From assembly GCF_009914755.1 (NCBI RefSeq), contig NC_060934.1: a stretch of DNA of 64,000 bases; one strand, written 5' to 3'. The stretch is from the human T2T-CHM13v2.0 reference genome, Homo sapiens. Positions 56,001 to 64,000 of the stretch are shown here, piece by piece. The notes below the pieces were generated by a model. That model had not been told where the DNA came from and did not search any database. It saw nothing but the letters and a program-made list of their open reading frames with translations. How positions within the stretch are numbered: position 1 is the stretch's first letter; each line of letters starts with the position of its first letter. The translations under genes and the position numbers were made by a program.

Positions 56001-56945
56001 TGAAACAGATTATTCCATACAACCCAGGTTATTCTCAACAGGCATTAGCTTTTTGATCTCTAGTTTATATAACTTGCTGTCTATACCATTTTGCCATGAT
56101 TTACTGTTCATATTTTCTTATATTTTGGGGTTTTCAATAGCATGATATCTACCTATAGTTTATCTTAAATTAACATTTCCACATTTTTCTCTCAAAAATA
56201 GTGTGGGGCTTAGTTGCTTTATTCATTTTGGCACCACATATTAGAGAATTTAGAGAATAGTACAATTTAAATTAATATGACTAACTACAGGTCAACCTAA
56301 TAATCCATAAGAGAACTTTCTGTACTACGTTTTTCAACTTTGCCATAAATATACCATAATTAAAAATTTAAAAACATTAAAAATATACAGGTTTAAGGGA
56401 CTCGATTTTATTCTCAGATTTCTCAAAGACACACACTAGCAATTTAGATATACTTCTTATTTTCATTGTTTGCTACATTGTAGGAAAATAAAAACCCATA
56501 AAGAACTACACAACATTTACTTCATAAAGCTTTTGTTTAAAACTTGTTCCTATCTCAATAAAATGATTATAATTGTTGTCTTTACTCACTACTTATCTTT
56601 AGTATAAATCCCCTGAAACTATTTTACTGGATTAAAATCTGTACTGTTGTGATAAATCTAGATGAAATAATTTTATTGGAAATATATTAATGTAATGAAT
56701 TAATGATTAAAATAAACATAATATTTTAATAGAATGGTATTTTTCAGTGAACAAATTATTTGTGTTCCAAATATAAACACCCATAGTGGATCTAGATTTT
56801 CATCATTCATTATCTATGAATGGAGAATTTTCTGTTTAAATTTGGTAACCTACTTCTTGGAAATAATGTCATTAAATATGATGTCTACGTGGTTGAATGA
56901 CAAAGTAACCAACTCTTGGAAACATTGTTTAATTAAACTAAAAAA

Positions 56946-56948
<3 letters not shown>

Positions 56949-56998
<50 letters not shown>
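56949..56998. repeat. (GT)n microsatellite
   Basis: Seen directly. Confidence 0.98.
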
Positions 56999-56999
<1 letters not shown>

Positions 57000-57902
57000 C
57001 ACACATATAGGTCCCACTCAAATATACATTCATTTGAAGAGATCATTGCCTTCAATTACATTATATGAATGGGTAGTATCAGATAAATTAACAGGTAAGT
57101 ATGCAGGTAATTGTAATTAAGTAATTTAATTGTAACTTAAATGTAATTTTAACCTAGAAATGCTGATTTCTAAAAGAGAAGTCTTAATCAAATTCTTTCT
57201 CTTAACTTTTCAGATGTTCCAAGAACTTATAATCTACTTATTTTCATTAAGATCTGGCATTTGCAAGGTTAGGCCTGTTCTAGACTGAGTCACTGGAGGG
57301 TCACTATAATGAGTATGATGTGGATATATTCTTGCTGCTTTCCAAGTACTAAACATGTGTGTTCTATTAATATTCTTTTATAAATACCACTCGTAGCTAT
57401 TCTCATATGAAACAACAGCAACAATTTATAAATTTTACCATCATGAACTAAGATCCTGAATCTACTAAGAGGCATGAGAAGGAGTGGAAAATTTAGGGGA
57501 AGCTGCCCCCATTTGAGAAGCCACTGAGTACGTGAAGAAAAATAGGTTTGGTAGAATGCCCCAATTTTGGAAAGGATAAAGGTCAGGGTTGTGAGTTAGG
57601 AGAGAAATGAGGGATGTAGGGAAGGGAGAAGGAGAAATTGAGGGTGAGGTTAAGAAAAATGCATTTGGTTTTGTGTAGACTGGTGGGGACTACAGTTTTG
57701 AACTCAAATAAGGGAGTTGTAGCTCTGGAGGGGAACATAAAGATTGAGAAATAGACAAGAGAAGGCTGCAAGAAGGTGAAACCTGCAATCTGGGATTTGG
57801 GGGAATGTTCTCCCGATTGCCTGTGACAAGAGCCCAAGATGACTTAAGTCAATTAAAGTTTGTGTGTATTTAAAACTAAGCCAAGCATTAAGGAAATTTA
57901 CA

Positions 57903-57903
<1 letters not shown>

Positions 57904-57951
<48 letters not shown>
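57904..57951. repeat. (CA)24 microsatellite
   Basis: Seen directly. Confidence 0.98.
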
Positions 57952-57952
<1 letters not shown>

Positions 57953-59352
57953 TCATCCATAGCAAATGTCTAGATAATTAGAAAACAATCTAGGATTTGA
58001 ATAAATCACATAATTATTTAAGTTAACTTGGAAGTTCCTAGAAGGAATCACGGTATTAAAATGCAAAGTCTTTTTTTAAAAAAGATATATTAAAGGGTTT
58101 TGGGAAAAAAATAGTGTTGAATAGTATTGAGTGTGTTTGGGGGAAGAGAATCAGTGGATTGAATGTGCTGGTGAATCCTGAAAGACATTTTTGGCTCAAT
58201 GAAAAAGAAGGAGATAAGTGAAATAGGCATATGACTGTGAAATCTAATCACTTCAGGACAGAATTCCTTTCAGTAAGTCTTTGTTAAAACAAGCACAGTT
58301 AATATGATTGAAAGTGGAGAGTAGGTAAAATGATCAGTGATGTTGAAACTGCTTGTATTCTTTTTGTCCTGGTAAAACCACTTTGGGGAAGGGAAATAAA
58401 GATATTTAGAGGATATCATGTATTGAAATTGTGGCCTTTGGGTTGTTTATAAGATTGACCATATAATATTTAAGTGGAATTTGTAGTTAATGATAAGAAA
58501 GGATTAATACCTCTCTTCTTTTGATAAGAAAGACATTTTCTCAAGAGTTTCTTCCAGAAGAATTCTTCTTGGGCATGCAAGATTCTGTAATTTATCCATA
58601 TTATGTATCTCAAGCAGGATTATGCCAAGTGCAAGAAAGAGAAGCATTGACATTTTCTGTCTCAAATAATAGACCCTCATAGAGAAAGGGGTGAATTCTA
58701 GGGATCGTGGAACAGCTAGAAAAGCTATAAATCCTCCTTTCTTCCAGAAAGTTGCTCTAAGTTCTTCACTTTTTTTTTCAAGATATCTGGTGACATGAAA
58801 GCCACAATTAGATGTGGCTATATTTTATAAGTTGTTGTAATATCTGTGGCTTTTTCTCTTAGCCTTAATAATGCACCCAGGGATGCATGGTGCTGGTGAG
58901 AGCTGAAGTGTGCTCTGCAGATTCTGCTCTGGGGATGAGTTGATCTTCATCAAGCAAACAAGTGGGTAAAGGAAGCAGAGAACACTGAATTCTCAACCAG
59001 AAGAAAGCAAGTATGCACAGGAAGTATTAAAATTTCACTACCATGTCTTCCTAACACTGAATAGGAGCACAATAATTATGTCTCCCTCACTCCCCATATC
59101 TTGTGGGGCACGTCCATGGCTTTTCATGACACTCTCAAAGGGTATGGAACTCCAAAATAGCAAAGAACACTGCCTCTGTTTGACGATTTTAGCATTGTCA
59201 TTATGTGTTTGAACTTTCAACTATTAGAGGATGTTATTAAATATGTGTAACAATACATTTTACAATTATTAAGACACAGATCATTATCAGACAAAACTCT
59301 TACCCAAATGCCATAAGTAAAACTTATTTATAAAGAGCTATGGGATGAAGTA

Positions 59353-60005
<653 letters not shown>

Positions 60006-61180
60006 TGTATTAGCCCAAGCAGACCACTAAATTAAAACAACCAATCTAATCAGCTAGACGACAAATGTGTCCATTAAAAATTACATTGATGAGTTTCATC
60101 TGAAAGTATCTCACCTGCTGAGTGGTACTGACAGTCTGCAGATATTCATCCTTGCCACACCCAAAGTCATTTGTTATTATTACTCTTATCATAGAAAATA
60201 ATTTTCAGTCTAATAGAAATAATGCCACTGTATAGAAAAAATATACAACATAACTTTAAAGTGAAAATGTCATGCAACTCTATTGAAAAACAGCATTTTC
60301 TGTTCACTTAGATAATAAGAATGTAACACAAGCAACACCTTTAAATTAGGGAAATAAATACATGTTATCATTCCTTGGAAAATGAAATCAATAACCATTA
60401 TGTTATTTTTGTAGAATTGAGCTGAAAATATCCATGTTCTCTTTTATGACCTTTATTGGATAATATACCACTAAAAATAAATATCTTAGCTAACTGTGAT
60501 GCATTTGACAGTCAATTAGAAATCACGAATGGATCATGATATTATGTTAAACCCATCCATGGCCCATTTATGACCATAGTTATTTCATAACATCTTTTCC
60601 TAAGTGATTGAAAAGACACATATGTTTAGTCTATTAAGAGAGACAGCAGGCACACTCTGGGAATAGGAGAGAGTTTCAGTTACACCAATTTAGGAGATAA
60701 CTCTCACCCCGGTCACCACCTCGTCTTTTCTGTTAAGCTGGCTTCAGACTCCAGTATCTAATGGCAGCACGACTCCTCAGAGAGCTTCAGAAGCAAGTGG
60801 GAGCTCAGCTACTGACCAGCCCTGGATGTCTGTGACACAGTATCATGTTTCAGGACAACGACACAAATGCTAGTCTCATTTGATGACACAACTGCCTATT
60901 TTGTTTATGTGTTATTTCATTTTCTTTTTAAAAATGGCGCAATCTATTTTTCTAACATCTGGGCATACATTTTAAATTATAATAAACAATATAAAATCTT
61001 CCCATTCTAATGAGCATGCAAATCAAGCTCTAAAACATGAAGAGAAGGTTCTTTGGACATTTAGTGTTGAGTACACATTTAAGTCAACCAATATTTACTG
61101 AGGCAAACTGTCTAAGGCAGTCTGAGAATGAAAAGGAAAGAGAATGGATATTTACTGGATGGGGTGGGTCAGAAAGCATT

Positions 61181-61348
61181 TTATATATACATGTATATAT
61201 GTATTTATATATATATACGTATATATGTATTTTTCTATATATACTATACATTTATGTGTGTATATATGTGTATGTATATGTATGTATATATGCATGTGTG
61301 TATGCATGTGTGTGTGTAAATATATACATACACACACATATATATACG
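61181..61348. repeat. (TA)/(TATG)/(TG) low-complexity repeat
   Basis: Seen directly. Confidence 0.95.
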
Positions 61349-63584
61349 TAGGTTGACCAGCTGCCTTCTGCCAAAACCTTCTTTAGTGAGTTTGCATAGT
61401 GAGACCTCAGTGGTCCACAGAACCCCTTGAAGCATCTTCCTGAATACCACTGTGGCCATTAGCAACCATAATCACATTAATGCAATCCTTGCCTGATGTC
61501 CTGTGCCCACAAAGTTACAAGAGTTACCTCCTGACAATGGCATTGCAACATTTCTGCCTGGGCGTTTGCACTCACACTCCTGTGTTCTGAGACTGGGCAC
61601 CCCTCTATGTATACTGTGCAATGGTGGCAAGAGGGTGTTTGTATCCATTTGTAATGTAATTTACACTATAGTTACCAAACGTGTTGCCCAATTTATAGAG
61701 GTTTTAGGAAAACCAGTTCTTTATAACTCTCCCCTCGAATTTTCCATCATTTATGAAGCCATAAAAGGCTGAACAAGAACAAAATTTCACCATCGGACAT
61801 CATGATTTAATCAAAATTATCAATCTCTTCTGATTATAAGGATTTGTTTGGGGCTAGTCTTGTCAGCTTGACACCTTATTTTCTTCAGGATAATTTGAAT
61901 GAATAAAATTTCACATGAAGGGATTAAATCTCACCTATTAGAGACTAATAAGTGGGTGAAGGTAAATTCAGGGGTTTCTACACGAAAATATGTTATTATC
62001 CTATGATAACACCCATGTGAGGAGAAGGCCAACTGGGGTTTGGAGAAAACAAAGAGACTTCCCATATCAATTAAGGGTTGGAGAGACTTCTTCCTATCTA
62101 ATATATTCATATGGCTTATTTTAGAACTACTTATTTACAGCTTGCAGCAATAAAATTTAAATCATTGAGTTTACAATTTTATTAACACCAGTGGTGAGGA
62201 AATCTGAATTACAGGACCAAGTCATGCATTAGGGACTCAACAGACAACTAATTCATAATTTTGTTGATTCAATGTGCAATTTGTTTCCTCCCCTAGATAA
62301 AATTTTAATTATTCATTTCTATATAAACTCTGTATTTTAGTAACTGGCAGCAGATATTCACAGCTCTGCAAAGCCACACCCAAAGTAGAAAGTATGTTTG
62401 ATGGTGCAACAGGTTGCTCTTAAATGTCCTATTTTTCTATCTCATCTAAAGTGTATAAAGTGTTAACACTCTGATAATCTGTTTATTGTCACCTTCGTCA
62501 CAGATATAACAGATAGTCCATTTATCCTTTAAATTTTTTGAAAAAAGCTAAAAGGTAATTTTTAATACAAGGCTTTGTAAAATACATCTAATAATGAACA
62601 CTATACCTGATGATTTCACACATTTCTTATCCATTTTAAGAAAATTCTGCAACTATCTTAATGTTTATAAATTTATTTCCAATTGTGTTTGTTAATCAGA
62701 GAAGATTTTAAGCAATTATAGCTAATTATAAATCACATTTTACCAGAGTTATCTAATATTGCAGCTTGGTCATTCTGTGTCACAGTAAGATATGTATTAA
62801 TTATTTCATTCCTCTCTCATCATGACACAGTACAGTCTGAGACCTGGCTTCAGTCACCACTTTCTCACAATAGAATTTCAGAGTAGCTGGAGTTAATTAA
62901 TTTAGATTTGACTGCAGCTTGAGATCATCCTTTCTAAGCCACCCCTTTACCTAGTCTCGGCAGACCAGTATTACCTCATTTACTGTAACGGCATCCTGGA
63001 TATAGAGCGCTGGGTATTGTTTCACCTGTTAACCCTCTCCTCTCAGATCTGCTTGAAAACAATCTCCCAACATGCATGTAACTAGTTAGATTTTCTCCCC
63101 CACAAGTTCTTTCTCATGGAAATCCTTTCCGAGAAAATAAGCCTGTATGCACAGACAGACACACAGACATATTTTGACAGTATAAAATACTTCAACCTCT
63201 CTATGATTTATAAAACTGTGGCCTCCCTGTCTACTGTGTCTTAGAAGCTGACACTATTTCACATTCTTGGGTGCTTCTCTGAACCTGTTATAAAATGCAA
63301 ACATTTGTCTTTGGAATGTTAACTGTAAATAATTGTTGAGATAAACTTTTACAGGGAAGTTTTTTTTTTTTTCATTACCTGTAACTGCATTTTATACTTT
63401 CTCCAAAGAATTCATCCCGCTCTGCAATGTTCCTGGGCAAACAATAAAGCTTTCTAAATGATTGATTGCAATCTGTTTCTCAGAACCACCTATTGAAGTT
63501 TCTCTCTCAGCTCTATAGGAGTATTCCACATACCCCCCTTTAAAACACAAATGTTCTCATTCTCTCTCTCTCCATATATACAAA

Positions 63585-63830
63585 ATATGTATTAGATATA
63601 TTAGATATATATAATATATATAATACATAATATATTAGATATATATAATATATATAATACATAATATATTAGATATATTAGATATACATATTATATATTA
63701 GATATATAATATATAGTATATATTAATTAGATATACTATACACTTTATATTATAAACTATAATCACATAATATACACTATATATTATATATAATAGATAC
63801 ACTTTATATTGTATATATTATATATACACA
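63585..63830. repeat. AT-rich minisatellite-like tract including two copies of a 34-bp unit
   Basis: tattagatatatataatatatataatacataata repeated in tandem, with degenerate flanking copies. Confidence 0.9.
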
Positions 63831-63881
63831 TATGCACGGCAGATGTTCACATGCTTAGTAGGAATTAATAATTGTGTTTAT

Positions 63882-64000
63882 GGCTGGGTGCAGTGACTCA
63901 CACCTGTAATCCCAGCACTTTGGGAGGCCGAGACGGGCGGATCACGAGGTCAGAAGTTCAAGACCAGCCTGACCAATATGATGAAAACCACCTGTAGTGC
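63882..64000 (+). mobile_element. Alu running off the window, with the linker apparently deleted
   Basis: The left arm jumps from 'gatgaaaacc' directly to 'acctgtagt'. Confidence 0.92.

Noticed and set aside
61037-61465. Tyr/Ile/Val/Cys-rich ORFs
   Set aside because: Translation of TA/TG low-complexity repeat

Overview
AT-rich, repeat-dense primate (very probably human) non-coding DNA. No credible protein-coding exon, tRNA, rRNA or miRNA hairpin was found; the supplied ORFs I could assign are Alu-, L1-, LTR- or microsatellite-derived, and the rest look like short chance ORFs. Much of the window is recognisable transposon debris: about 17 Alu/FLAM copies, L1PA/L1MA/L1M fragments, L2, MIR, solo LTRs (LTR12, an LTR19/LTR26-like ERV1 LTR, LTR16, MLT1, MST) and DNA transposons (MER58A, Tigger3). 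The best genic signal is a minus-strand 77-nt exon with textbook splice sites and stops in all frames (16188-16264), plus a plausible terminal exon running into an Alu (acceptor at 9301). This suggests the 3' half of a spliced lncRNA whose long intron fills most of the window. My unverified impression is that this layout resembles MIR137HG; it needs a BLAT check. The most unusual structures are: (i) a ~445-bp L2 segment copied from 38.6-39.05 kb into an oppositely oriented L2 at 34.2 kb, apparently at the homologous register; (ii) a TSD-bounded composite L1 insertion with an inversion, a probable 3' transduction and a nested younger L1 (40.7-41.4 kb); (iii) an intact-looking LTR12 promoter pointing antisense into the putative lncRNA. 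I found no evidence of a new protein-coding system. Repeat subfamily names come from memory of the consensus sequences, and boundaries without TSDs are approximate.
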